Shown here: positions 37,651 through 50,400 of the stretch, piece by piece
Layout: each line of letters begins with the position of its first letter
Numbering within the stretch: position 1 is the stretch's first letter
Assembly: GCA_964016885.1 (NCBI GenBank)
Contig: OZ024741.1
Location: 408,890,001-408,954,000, forward strand
Source: Eledone cirrhosa
Taxonomy: Eukaryota
DNA length: 64,000 nt
Direction: 5' to 3'
Program-made: the position numbers and the translations under genes
Notes under the pieces: generated by a model
Database searches by the model: none
What the model saw: only the letters and a program-made list of their open reading frames with translations
What the model was told of the DNA's origin: nothing

Positions 37651-40600
37651 ACCTATTTTAAAAGGGAGACTGTACCTATTTTAAAAGGAAAACTGTACCT
37701 ATTTTAAAAGGAAGATTGTGTACCTATTTTAAAAGGAAGACTGTGTACCTATTTTAAAAGGAAGACTGTACCTATTTTAAAAGGAAGACTGTGTACCTAT
37801 TTTAAAATGGAGACTATGTACCTATTTTAAAAGGAAGACTGTACCTATTTTAAAAGGAAGACTGTGTACCTATCTTAAAAGGAAGATTGTACCTATTTTA
37901 AAAGGAAGACTGTACCTATTTTAAAAGGAAGACTGTACCTATTTTAAAAAATAGACTGTGTACCTATTTTAAAAGGGAGACTGTGTTCCTATTTTAAAAG
38001 GAAGACCGTACCTATGTTAAAAGGGAGACTGTGTACCTATTTTAAAAGGAAGACTGTACCTATTTTAAAAGAGAGACAGTGTACCTATTTTAAAAGGAAG
38101 ACTGTGTACCTATTTTAAAAGGAAGACTGTACCTATTTTAAAAGGAAGACTACCTATTTTAAAATATGACTGTGTACCTATTTTAAAAGGAAGACTGTAC
38201 CTATTTTAAAAGGGAGACTGTACATATTTTCAAAGGGAGACTGTACCTATTTTAAAAGGAAGACTGTGTACCTATTTTAAAAGGAAGACTGTGTACCTAT
38301 TTTAAAAGGGAGACTGTACCTATTTTAAAAGGAAGACTGTACCCATTTTAAAAGGAAGACTGTGTACCTATTTTAAAAGGGAGACTGTACCTATTTTAAA
38401 AGGAAGACTGTGTACCTATTTTAAAAGGAAGACTGTACCTATTTTAAAAGGAAGACTGTGTACCTATTTTAAAAGGGAGACTATGTACCTATTTTAAAAG
38501 GAAGACTGTACCTATTTTAAAAGGAAGACTGTGTACCTATTTTAAAAGGAAGATTGTACCTATTTTAAAAGGAAGACTGTACCTATTTTAAAAGGAAGAC
38601 TGTGTACCTATTTTAAAAGGGAGACTGTACCTATTTTAAAAGGAAGACTGTACCTATTTTAAAAAAGAGACTGTGTACCTATTTTAAAAGGAAGACTGTA
38701 CCTATTTTAAAAGGGAGACTGTCTACCTATTTTAAAAGAAGACCGTACCTATGTTAAAAGGGAGACTGTGTACCTATTTTAAAAGGAAGACTGTACCTAT
38801 TTTAAAAGGGAGACAGTGTACCTATTTTAAAAGGAAGACTGTGTACCTATTTTAAAAGGAAGACTGTACCTGTTTTAAAAGGAAGACTACCTATTTTAAA
38901 ATAAGACTGTGTACCTATTTTAAAAGGAAGACTGTACCTATTTTAAAAGGGAGACTGTACATATTTTAAAAGGGAGACTGTACCTATTTTAAAAGGAAGA
39001 CTGTGTACCTATTTTAAAAGGAAGACTGTGTACCTATTTTAAAAGGGAGACTGTACCTATTTTAAAAGGAAGACTGTACCTATTTTAAAAGGAAGACTGT
39101 GTACCTATTTTAAAAGGGAGACTGTTCCTATTTTAAAAGGAAGACTGTGTACCTATTTTAAAAGGAAGACTGTACCTATTTTAAAAGGAAGACTGTGTAC
39201 CTATTTTAAAAGGGAGACTATGTACCTATTTTAAAAGGAAGACTGTACCTATTTTAAAAGGAAGACTGTGTACCTATTTTAAAAGGAAGATTGTACCTAT
39301 TTTAAAAGGAAGACTGTACCTATTTTAAAAGGAAGACTGTGTACCTATTTTAAAAGGAAGACTGTACCTATTTTAAAAGGAAGACTGTGTACCTATGTTA
39401 AAAGGAAGACTGTACCTATTTTAAAAGGAAGACTGTACCTATTTTAAAAGGAAGACTGCGTACCTATTTTAAAAGGGAGACTGTACCTATTTAAAAAGGA
39501 ACACTGTACCTATTTTAAAAGGAAGACTGTGTACCTATTTTAAAAGGAAGATTGTACCTATTTTAAAAGGAAGACTGTACCTATTTTAAAAAAAGACTGT
39601 GTACCTATTTTAAAAGGAAGACCGTGTACATATTTTAAAAGGAAGACTGTACCTATTTTAAAAAAGAGACTGTGTGCCTATTTTAAAAGGGAGACCGTGT
39701 ACCTATTTTAAAAGGGAGACTGTACATATTTTAAAAGGAAGACTGTGTACCTATTTTATAAGGAAGAATGTACCTATTTTAAAAGGGAGACTGTGTACCT
39801 ATTTTAAGAAGGAAGACTGTGTACCTAATTTAAAAGGAAGACTGTGTACCTATTTTAAAAGGGAGAATGTGTACCTATTTTAAAAGGAAGACTCTACCTA
39901 TTTTAAAAGGAAGACTGTGTACCTATTTTAAAAGGAAGACTGTACCTATTTTAAAAGGGAGACTGTGTACCTATCTTAAAAGGAAGACTGTACCTATTTT
40001 AAAAGGAAGACTGTACCTATTTAAAAAGGAAGACTGTGTACCAATTTTAAAAGGAAGTCTGTGTACCTATTTTAAAAGGGAGACTATGTACCTATTTTAA
40101 AAGGAAGACTGTACCTATTTTAAAAAAGAGACTGTGTACCTATTTTAAAAGGAAGACTGTACCTATTTTAGAAGGTAGACTGTGTACCTATTTTAAAAGG
40201 AAGACCGTACCTATGTTAAAAGGGAGACTGTGTAACTATTTTAAAAGGAAGACTGTACCTATTTTAAAAGGGAGACAGTGTACCTATTTTAAAAGGAAGA
40301 CTGTGTACCTATTTTAAAAGGAAGACTGTACCTATTTTAAAAGGAAGACTACCTATTTTAAAAGGAAGACTTTGTACCTATTTTAAAAGGAAGACTGTAC
40401 CTATTTTAAAAGGGAGACTGTACCTATTTTAAAAGGGAGACTGTACCTATTTTAAAAGGAAGACTGTGTACCTATTTTAAAAGGAAGACTGTGTACCTAT
40501 TTTAAAAGGGAGACTGTACCTATTTTAAAAGGAAGACTGTACCTATTTTAAAAGGAAGACTGTGTACCTATTTTAAAAGGGAGACTGTACCTATTTTAAA

Positions 40601-43600
40601 AGGAAGACTGTACCTATTTTAAAAGGAAGACTGTACCTATTTTAAAAGGGAGACAGTGTAACTATTTTAAAAGTGAGACTGTACCTCTTTTAAAAGGAAG
40701 ACTGTACCTATTTTAAAAGGAAGACTGTGTACCTATTTTAAAAGGGAGACTGTACCTATTTTAAAAGGAAGAATGTGTACCTATTTTAAAAGGAAGACTG
40801 TACCTATTTTAAAAGGAAGACTATGTACCTATTTTAAAAGGAAGACTGTACCTATTTTAAAAGGAAGACTGTGTACCTATTTTAAAAGGAAGATTATACC
40901 TATTTTAAAAGGAAGACTGTACCTATTTTAAAAGGAAGACTGTGTACCCATTTTAAAAGGAAGACTGTACCTATTTCAAAAGGGAGACTGTGTACCTATT
41001 TTAAAAGGAAGACTGTACCTATTTTAAAAGGAAGACTGCGTACCTATTTTAAAAGGGAGACTGTACCTATTTAAAAAGGAAGACTGTACCTATTTTAAAA
41101 GGAAGACTGTGTACCTATTTTAAAAGGGAGACTATGTACCTATTTTAAAAGGAAGATTGTACCTATTTTAAAAGGAAGACTGTACCTATTTAAAAAAAAA
41201 GACTGTGTACCTATTTTAAAAGGAAGACCGTGTACATATTTTAAAAGGAAGACTGTACCTATTTTAAAAAAGAGACTGTGTGCCTATTTTAAAAGGGAGA
41301 CCGTGTACCTATTTTAAAAGGGAGACTGTACATATTTTAAAAGGAAGACTGTGTACCTATTTTATAAGGAAGAATGTACCTATTTTAAAAGGGAGACTGT
41401 GTACCTATTTTAAAAGGAAGACTGTGTACCTAATTTAAAAGGAAGACTGTGTACCTATTTTAAAAGGGAGAATGTGTACCTATTTTAAAAGGGAGACTAC
41501 CTATTTTAAAAGGAAGACTGTGTACCTATTTTAAAAGAAAGACTGTACGTCTTTGAAAAGCGAGACTGTGTACCTATTTAAAAAAAAAGACTGTATCTAT
41601 TTTAAAAGGAAGACTGTACCTATTTAAAAAGAGGATTGTGTACCTATTTTAAAAGGAAGACTGTACCTATTTTAAAAGGAAGACTGTACCTATTTTAAAA
41701 GGAAGACTGTGTACCTATTTTAAAAGGAAGACTGTGTACCTATTTTAAAAGGGAGGCTGTACCTATTTTAAAAGGAAGACTGTACCTATTTTAAAAGGAA
41801 GACTGTGTACCTATTTTAAAAGCGAGACTGTACTTATTTTAAAAGGAACACTGTACCTATTTTAAAAGGAAGATTGTGTACCTATTTTAAAAGGAAGACT
41901 GTGTACCTATTTTAAAAGGAAGACTGTACCTATTTTAAAAGGAAGACTACCTATTTTAAAATAAGACTGTGTACCTATTTTAAAAGGAAGACTGTACCTA
42001 TTTTAAAAGGGAGACTGTACCTATTTTAAAAGGGAGACTGTACCTATTTTAAAAGGAAGACTGTGTACCTATTTTAAAAGGGAGACTGTACCTATTTTAA
42101 AAGGAAGACTGTGTACCTATTTTAAAATGGAGACTATGTACCTATTTTAAAAGGAAGACTGTACCTATTTTAAAAGGAAGACTGTGTACCTATCTTAAAA
42201 GGAAGATTGTACCTATTTTAAAAGGAAGGCTGTTCCTATTTTAAAAGGAAGACTGAACCTATTTTAAAAAATAGACTGTGTACCTATTTTAAAAGGAAGA
42301 CTGTACCTATTTTAAAAGGGAGACTGTGTTCCTATTTTAAAAGGAAGACCGTACCTATGTTAAAAGGGAGACTGTGTACCTATTTTAAAAGGAAGACTGT
42401 ACCTATTTTAAAAGGGAGACAGTGTACCTATTTTAAAAGGAAGACTGTGTACCTTTTTTAAAAGGAAGACTGTACCTATTTTAAAAGGAAGACTACCTAT
42501 TTTAAAATAAGACTGTGTACCTATTTTAAAAGGAAGACTGTACCTATTTTAAAAGGGAGACTGTACCTATTTTAAAAGGGAGACTGTACCTATTTTAAAA
42601 GGAAGACTGTGTTTCCTATTTCAAAAGAAAGACTGTGTACCAATTTTAAAAGGGAGACTGTACCTATTTTAAAAGGAAGACTGTACCTATTTTAAAAGGA
42701 AGACTGTGTACCTATTTTAAAAGGGAGACTGTACCTATTTTAAAAGGAAGACTGTGTACCTATTTTAAAAGGAAGACTGTGTACCTATTTTAAAAGGGAG
42801 ACTGTAGCTATTTTAAAAGGAAGACTGTACCCATTTTAAAAGGAAGACTGTGTACCTATTTTAAAAGGGAGACTGTACCTATTTTAAAAGGAAGACTGTG
42901 TACCTATTTTAAAAGGAAGACTGTACCTATTTTAAAAGGAAGACTGTGTACCTATTTTAAAAGGGAGACTATGTACCTATTTTAAAAGGAAGACTGTACC
43001 TATTTTAAAAGGAAGACTGTGTACCTATTTTAAAAGGAAGATTGTACCTATTTTAAAAGGAAGACTGTACCTATTTTAAAAGGAAGACTGTGTACCTATT
43101 TAAAAAGGAAGACTGTACCTATTTTAAAAGGAAGACTGTACCTATTTTAAAAGCGAGACTGTGTACCTATTTTAAAAGGAAGAATGTAGCTATTTTAAAA
43201 GGAAGAATGTACCTATTTTAAAAGGAAGACGGTACCTATTTTAAAAGGAAGACTGCGTACCTATTTTAAAAGGGAGACTGTACCTATTTAAAAACGAACA
43301 CTGTACCTATTTTAAAAGGAAGACTGTGTACCTATTTTAAAAGGGAGACTATGTACCTATTTTAAAAGGAAGACTGTACCTATTTTAAAAGGAAGACTGT
43401 GTACCTATTTTAAAAGTAAGATTGTACCTATTTTAAAAGGAAGACTGTACCTATTTTAAAAGGAAGAGTGTACCTATTTTAAAAGGAAGACCGTGTACTT
43501 ATTTTAAAAGGAAGTCTGTGTACCTATTTTAAAAGGGAGACTGTGTACCTATTTTAAAAGGAAGACTGTACCTATTTTAAAAGGGAGACTGTACCTATTT

Positions 43601-46600
43601 TAAAAGGGAGACTGTACCTATTTTAAAAGGAAGACTGTGTTTCCTATTTTAAAAGAAAGACTGTGTACCAATTTTAAAAGGGAGACTGTACCTATTTTAA
43701 AAGGAAGACTGTACCTATTTTAAAAGGAAGACTGTGTACCTATTTTAAAAGGGAGACTGTACCTATTTTAAAAGGAAAACTGTACCTATTTTAAAAGGAA
43801 GATTGTGTACCTATTTTAAAAGGAAGACTGTGTACCTATTTTAAAAGGAAGACTGTACCTATTTTAAAAGGAAGACTGTGTACCTATTTTAAAAGGGAGA
43901 CTATGTACCTATTTTAAAAGGAAGACTGTACCTATTTTAAAAGGAAGACTGTGTACCTATCTTAAAAGGAAGATTGTACCTATTTTAAAAGGAAGACTGT
44001 ACCTATTTTAAAAGGAAGACTGTACCTATTTTAAAAAAGAGACTGTGTACCTATTTTAAAAGGAAGGCTGTACCTATTTTAAAAGGGAGACTGTGTTCCT
44101 ATTTTAAAAGGAAGACCGTACCTATGTTAAAAGCGAGACTGTGTAGCTATTTTAAAAGGAAGTCTGTGTACCTATTTTAAAAGGGAGACTGTGTACCTAT
44201 TTTAAAAGGAAGACTGTACCTATTTTAAAAGGGAGACTGTTTAATTATTTTAAAAGGGAGACTGTGTACCTATTTTAAAAGGAAGACTGTACCTATTTTA
44301 AAAGGGAGACTCTGTATCTATTTTAAAAGGAAGACTGTACCTATTTTAAAAGGGAGACAGTGTACCTATTTTAAAAGGAAGACTGTGTAGCTATTTTAAA
44401 AGGAAGACTGTACCTATTTTAAAAGGAAGACTGTACCATTTTAAAAGGGAGACAGTGTACCTATTTTAAAAGGAAGACTGTGTACCTATTTTAAAAGGAA
44501 GACTGTACCTATTTTAAAAGGAAGACTACCTATTTTAAAATAAGACAGTATTTGAAAAGGAAGACTGTACCTATTTTAAAAGGGAGACTGTACCTATTTT
44601 AAAAGGAAGACTGTGTACCTATTTTAAAAGGAAGACTGTACCTATTTTAAAAGGGAGACTGTGTACCTATTTTAAAACAAAGAATGTACCTATTTTAAAA
44701 GGAAGACTGTACCTATTTTAAAAGGAAGACTGTACCTATTTTAAAAGGAAGACTGTGTACCTATTTTAAAAGGGAGACTGTACCTATTTTAAAAGGAAGA
44801 CTGTACCTATTTTAAAAGGAAGACTGTGTACCTATTTTAAAAGGGAGACTGTACCTATTTTAAAAGGAAGACTGTACCTATTTTAAAAGGAAGACTGTAC
44901 CTATTTTAAAAGGAAGACTGTGTACCTATTTTAAAAGGGAGACTGTACCTATTTTAAAAGGAAAACTGTACCTATTTTAAAAGGAAGATTGTGTACCTAT
45001 TTTAAAAGGAAGACTGTGTACCTATTTTAAAAGGAAGACTGTACCTATTTTAAAAGGAAGACTGTGTACCTATTTTAAAAGGGAGACTATGTACCTATTT
45101 TAAAAGGAAGACTTACCTATTTTAAAAGGAAGACTGTGTACCTATCTTAAAAGGAAGATTGTACCTATTTTAAAAGGAAGACTGTACCTATTTTAAAAGG
45201 AAGACTGTACCTATTTTAAAAAAGAGACTGTGTACCTATTTTAAAAGGAAGGCTGTACCTATTTTAAAAGGGAGACTGTGTTCCTATTTTAAAAGGAAGA
45301 CCGTACCTATGTTAAAAGGGAGACTGTGTAGCTATTTTAAAAGGAAGTCTGTGTACCTATTTTAAAAGGGAGACTGTGTACCTATTTTAAAAGGAAGACT
45401 GTACCTATTTTAAAAGGGAGACTGTTTAATTATTTTAAAAGGGAGACTGTGTACCTATTTTAAAAGGAAGACTGTACCTATTTTAAAAGGGAGACTCTGT
45501 ACCTATTTTAAAAGGAAGACTGTACCTATTTTAAAAGGGAGACAGTGTACCTATTTTAAAAGGAAGACTGTGTACCTATTTTAAAAGGAAGACTGTACCT
45601 ATTTTAAAAGGAAGACTACCTATTTTAAAATAAGACTGTGTACCTATTTTAAAAGGAAGACTGTGTACCTATTTTAAAAGGAAGACTGTGCCTATTTTAA
45701 AAGGGAGACTGTACCTATTTTAAAAGGAAGACTGTGTACCTATTTTAAAAGGAAGACTGTGTACCTATTTAAAAAAAAGACTGTATCTATTTTAAAATGA
45801 AGACTGTACCTATTTAAAAAAAAAGATTGTGTACCTATTTTAAAAGGAAGACTGTACCTATTTTAAAAGGAAGCCTGTACCTATTTTAAAAGGGAGACTC
45901 TGTACCTATTTTAAAAGGAAGACTGTACCTATGTTAAAAGGGAGACTGTGTACCTATTTTAAAAGGAAGCATGTACCTTTTTAAAAGGGAGACAGTGTAC
46001 CTGTTTTAAAAGGAAGACTGTACCTATTTTAAAAGGAAGACTACCTATTTTAAAATAAGACAGTATTTGAAAAGGAAGACTGTACCTATTTTAAAAGGGA
46101 GACTGTACCTATTTTAAAAGGAAGACTGTGTACCTATTTTAAAAGGAAGACTGTACCTATTTTAAAAGGGAGACTGTGTACCTATTTTAAAACAAAGAAT
46201 GTACCTATTTTAAAAGGAAGACTGTACCTATTTTAAAAGGAAGACTGTACCTATTTTAAAAGGAAGACTGTGTACCTATTTTAAAAGGGAGACTGTACCT
46301 ATTTTAAAAGGAAGACTGTACCTATTTTAAAAGGAAGACTGTGTACCTATTTTAAAAGGGAGACTGTACCTATTTTAAAAGGAAGACTGTACCTATTTTA
46401 AAAGGAAGACTGTACCTATTTTAAAAGGAAGATTGTGTACCTATTTTAAAAGGGAGACTGTACCTATTTTAAAAGGGCGACTATACCTATTTTCAAAGGG
46501 AGACTTACCTATTTTAAAAGGGAGACTGTGTACCTATTTTAAAAGGAAGACTGTACCTATTTTAAAAGGAAGACTGTGTACCTATTTTAAAAGGAAGACT

Positions 46601-47436
46601 GTACCTATTTTAAAAGGAAGACTGTACCTATTTTAAAAGGAAGACTGTACCTATTTTAAAAGGAAGATTGTGTACCTATTTTAAAAGGGAGACTGTACCT
46701 ATTTTAAAAGGAAGACTGTACCTATTTTAAAAGGAAGACTGTACCTATTTTAAAAGGAAGATTGTGTACCTATTTTAAAAGGGACACTGTAACTATTTTA
46801 AAAAGAAGTCTGTACTTATTTTAAAAGGAAGACTGTACCTATTTTAAAAGGAAGACAGTGTACCTGTTTTAAAAGGGACACTGTGTACCTATTTTAAAAG
46901 GGAGACTGTGAACCTATTTTAAAAGGAAGACTGTGTACCTATTTTAAAAGGGAGACCGTACCTATTTTAAAAGGAAGACTGTGTACGTATTTTAAAAGGG
47001 AGGCTGTACCTATTTAAAAAAGAAGACTGTACCTATTTTAAAAGGAAAACTCTACATATTTGAAAAGAAAGACTGTGTACCTATTTTAAAAGGGAGACTG
47101 CACCTATTTTAAAAGGGAGACTGTACCTATTTTAAAAGGAAGACTTACCTATTTTAAAAGGGAGACTGTACCTATTTTAAAAGGAAGACTCTACCTATTT
47201 TAAAAGGGAGACTGTGTACCTATTTTAAAAGGAAGACTGTGTAGCTATTTTAAAAGGGAGACTGTGTACCTATTTTGAAAGGAAGACTGTGTACCTATTT
47301 TAAAAGGGAGACTGTACCTATATTAAAAGGAAGACTGTGTACCTATTTTAAAAGGAAGACTGTACCTATTTTAAAAGGACGACTGTACCTATTTTAAAAG
47401 GAAGACTGTACCTATTTCAAAAGGAAGACTATGTAA
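35505..47436 (+). repeat. Copy A of an 11,932-bp segmental duplication
   Basis: ORF pairs 39674/51606 and 39867/51799 are offset by 11932. Shared private variants include AAAATATGAC, GAGAGACAG and GACAGTGTAACT. Confidence 0.9.
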
Positions 47437-50400
47437 CTATTTTAAAAGGGAGAATGTGTACCTATTTTAAAAGGAAGACACTACCTATTTTAAAAGGAAG
47501 ACTGTGTACCTATTTTAAAAGGAAGACTGTACCTATTTTAAAAGGGTGACTGTGTACCTATCTTAAAAGGAAGACTGTACCTATTTTAAAAGGAAGACTG
47601 TACCTATTTTAAAAGGAAGACTGTGTACCAATTTTAAAAGGAAGTCTGTGTACCTATTTTAAAAGGGAGACTATGTACCTATTTTAAAAGAAGACTGTAC
47701 CTATTTTAAAAAAGAGACTGTGTACCTATTTTAAAAGGAAGACTGTACCTATTTTAGAAGGTAGACTGTGTACCTATTTTAAAAGGAAGACCGTACCTAT
47801 GTTAAAAGGGAGACTGTGTAACTATTTTAAAAGGAAGACTGTACCTATTTTAAAAGGGAGACAGTGTACCTATTTTAAAAGGAAGACTGTGTACCTATTT
47901 TAAAAGGAAGACTGTACCTATTTTAAAAGGAAGACTACCTATTTTAAAAGGAAGACTTTGTACCTATTTTAAAAGGAAGACTGTACCTATTTTAAAAGGG
48001 AGACTGTACCTATTTTAAAATGGAGACTGTACCTATTTTAAAAGGAAGACTGTGTACCTATTTTAAAAGGAAGACTGTGTACCTATTTTAAAAGGGAGAC
48101 TGTACCTATTTTAAAAGGAAGACTGTACCTATTTTAAAAGGAAGACTGTGTACCTATTTTAAAAGGGAGAATGTACCTATTTTAAAAGGAAGACTGTACC
48201 TATTTTAAAAGGAAGACTGTACCTATTTTAAAAGGAAGACTATGTACCTATTTTAAAAGGAAGACTGTACCTATTTTAAAAGGAAGACTGTGTACCTATT
48301 TTAAAAGGAAGATTATACCTATTTTAAAAGGAAGACTGTACCTATTTTAAAAGGAAGACTGTGTACCCATTTTAAAAGGAAGACTGAACCTATTTCAAAA
48401 GGGAGACTGTGTACCTATTTTAAAAGGAAGACTGTACCTATTTTAAAAGGAAGACTGCGTACCTATTTTAAAAGGGAGACTGTACCTATTTAAAAAGGAA
48501 CACTGTACCTATTTTAAAAGGAAGACTGTGTACCTATTTTAAAAGGAAGACTGTGTACCTATTTTAAAAGGAAGATTGTACCTATTTTAAAAGGAAGACT
48601 GTACCTATTTTAAAAAAAAGACTGTGTACCTATTTTAAAAGGAAGACCGTGTACATATTTTAAAAGGAAGACTGTACCTATTTTAAAAAAGAGACTGTGT
48701 GCCTATTTTAAAAGGGAGACCGTGTACCTATTTTAAAAGGGAGACTGTACATATTTTAAAAGGAAGACTGTGTACCTATTTTATAAGGAAGAATGTACCT
48801 ATTTTAAAAGGGAGACTGTGTACCTATTTTAAAAGGAAGACTGTGTACCTAATTTAAAAGGAAGACTGTGTACCTATTTTAAAAGGGAGAATGTGTACCT
48901 ATTTTAAAAGGGAGACTACCTATTTTAAAAGGAAGACTGTGTACCTATTTTAAAAGAAAGACCGTACGTCTTTGAAAAGCGAGACTGTGTACCTATTTAA
49001 AAAAAAAGACTGTATCTATTTTAAAAGGAAGACTGTACCTATTTAAAAAGAGGATTGTGTACCTATTTTAAAAGGAAGACTGTACCTATTTTAAAAGGAA
49101 GACTGTACCTATTTTAAAAGGAAGACTGTGTACCTATTTTAAAAGGAAGACTGTGTACCTATTTTAAAAGGGAGACTGTACCTATTTTAAAAGGAAGACT
49201 GTACCTATTTTAAAAGGAAGACTGTGTACCTATTTTAAAAGCGAGACTGTACTTATTTTAAAAGGAACACTGTACCTATTTTAAAAGGAAGATTGTGTAC
49301 CTATTTTAAAAGGAAGACTGTGTACCTATTTTAAAAGGAAGACTGTACCTATTTTAAAAGGAAGACTACCTATTTTAAAATAAGACTGTGTACCTATTTT
49401 AAAAGGAAGACTGTACCTATTTTAAAAGGGAGACTGTACCTATTTTAAAAGGGAGACTGTACCTATTTTAAAAGGAAGACTGTGTTTCCTATTTCAAAAG
49501 AAAGACTGTGTACCAATTTTAAAAGGGAGACTGTACCTATTTTAAAAGGAAGACTGTACCTATTTTAAAAGGAAGACTGTGTACCTATTTTAAAAGGGAG
49601 ACTGTACCTATTTTAAAAGGAAAACTGTACCTATTTTAAAAGGAAGATTGTGTACCTATTTTAAAAGGAAGACTGTGTACCTATTTTAAAAGGAAGACTG
49701 TACCTATTTTAAAAGGAAGACTGTGTACCTATTTTAAAATGGAGACTATGTACCTATTTTAAAAGGAAGACTGTACCTATTTTAAAAGGAAGACTGTGTA
49801 CCTATCTTAAAAGGAAGATTGTACCTATTTTAAAAGGAAGACTGTACCTATTTTAAAAGGAAGACTGTACCTATTTTAAAAAATAGACTGTGTACCTATT
49901 TTAAAAGGGAGACTGTGTTCCTATTTTAAAAGGAAGACCGTACCTATGTTAAAAGGGAGACTGTGTACCTATTTTAAAAGGAAGACTGTACCTATTTTAA
50001 AAGAGAGACAGTGTACCTATTTTAAAAGGAAGACTGTGTACCTATTTTAAAAGGAAGACTGTACCTATTTTAAAAGGAAGACTACCTATTTTAAAATATG
50101 ACTGTGTACCTATTTTAAAAGGAAGACTGTACCTATTTTAAAAGGGAGACTGTACATATTTTCAAAGGGAGACTGTACCTATTTTAAAAGGAAGACTGTG
50201 TACCTATTTTAAAAGGAAGACTGTGTACCTATTTTAAAAGGGAGACTGTACCTATTTTAAAAGGAAGACTGTACCCATTTTAAAAGGAAGACTGTGTACC
50301 TATTTTAAAAGGGAGACTGTACCTATTTTAAAAGGAAGACTGTGTACCTATTTTAAAAGGAAGACTGTACCTATTTTAAAAGGAAGACTGTGTACCTATT

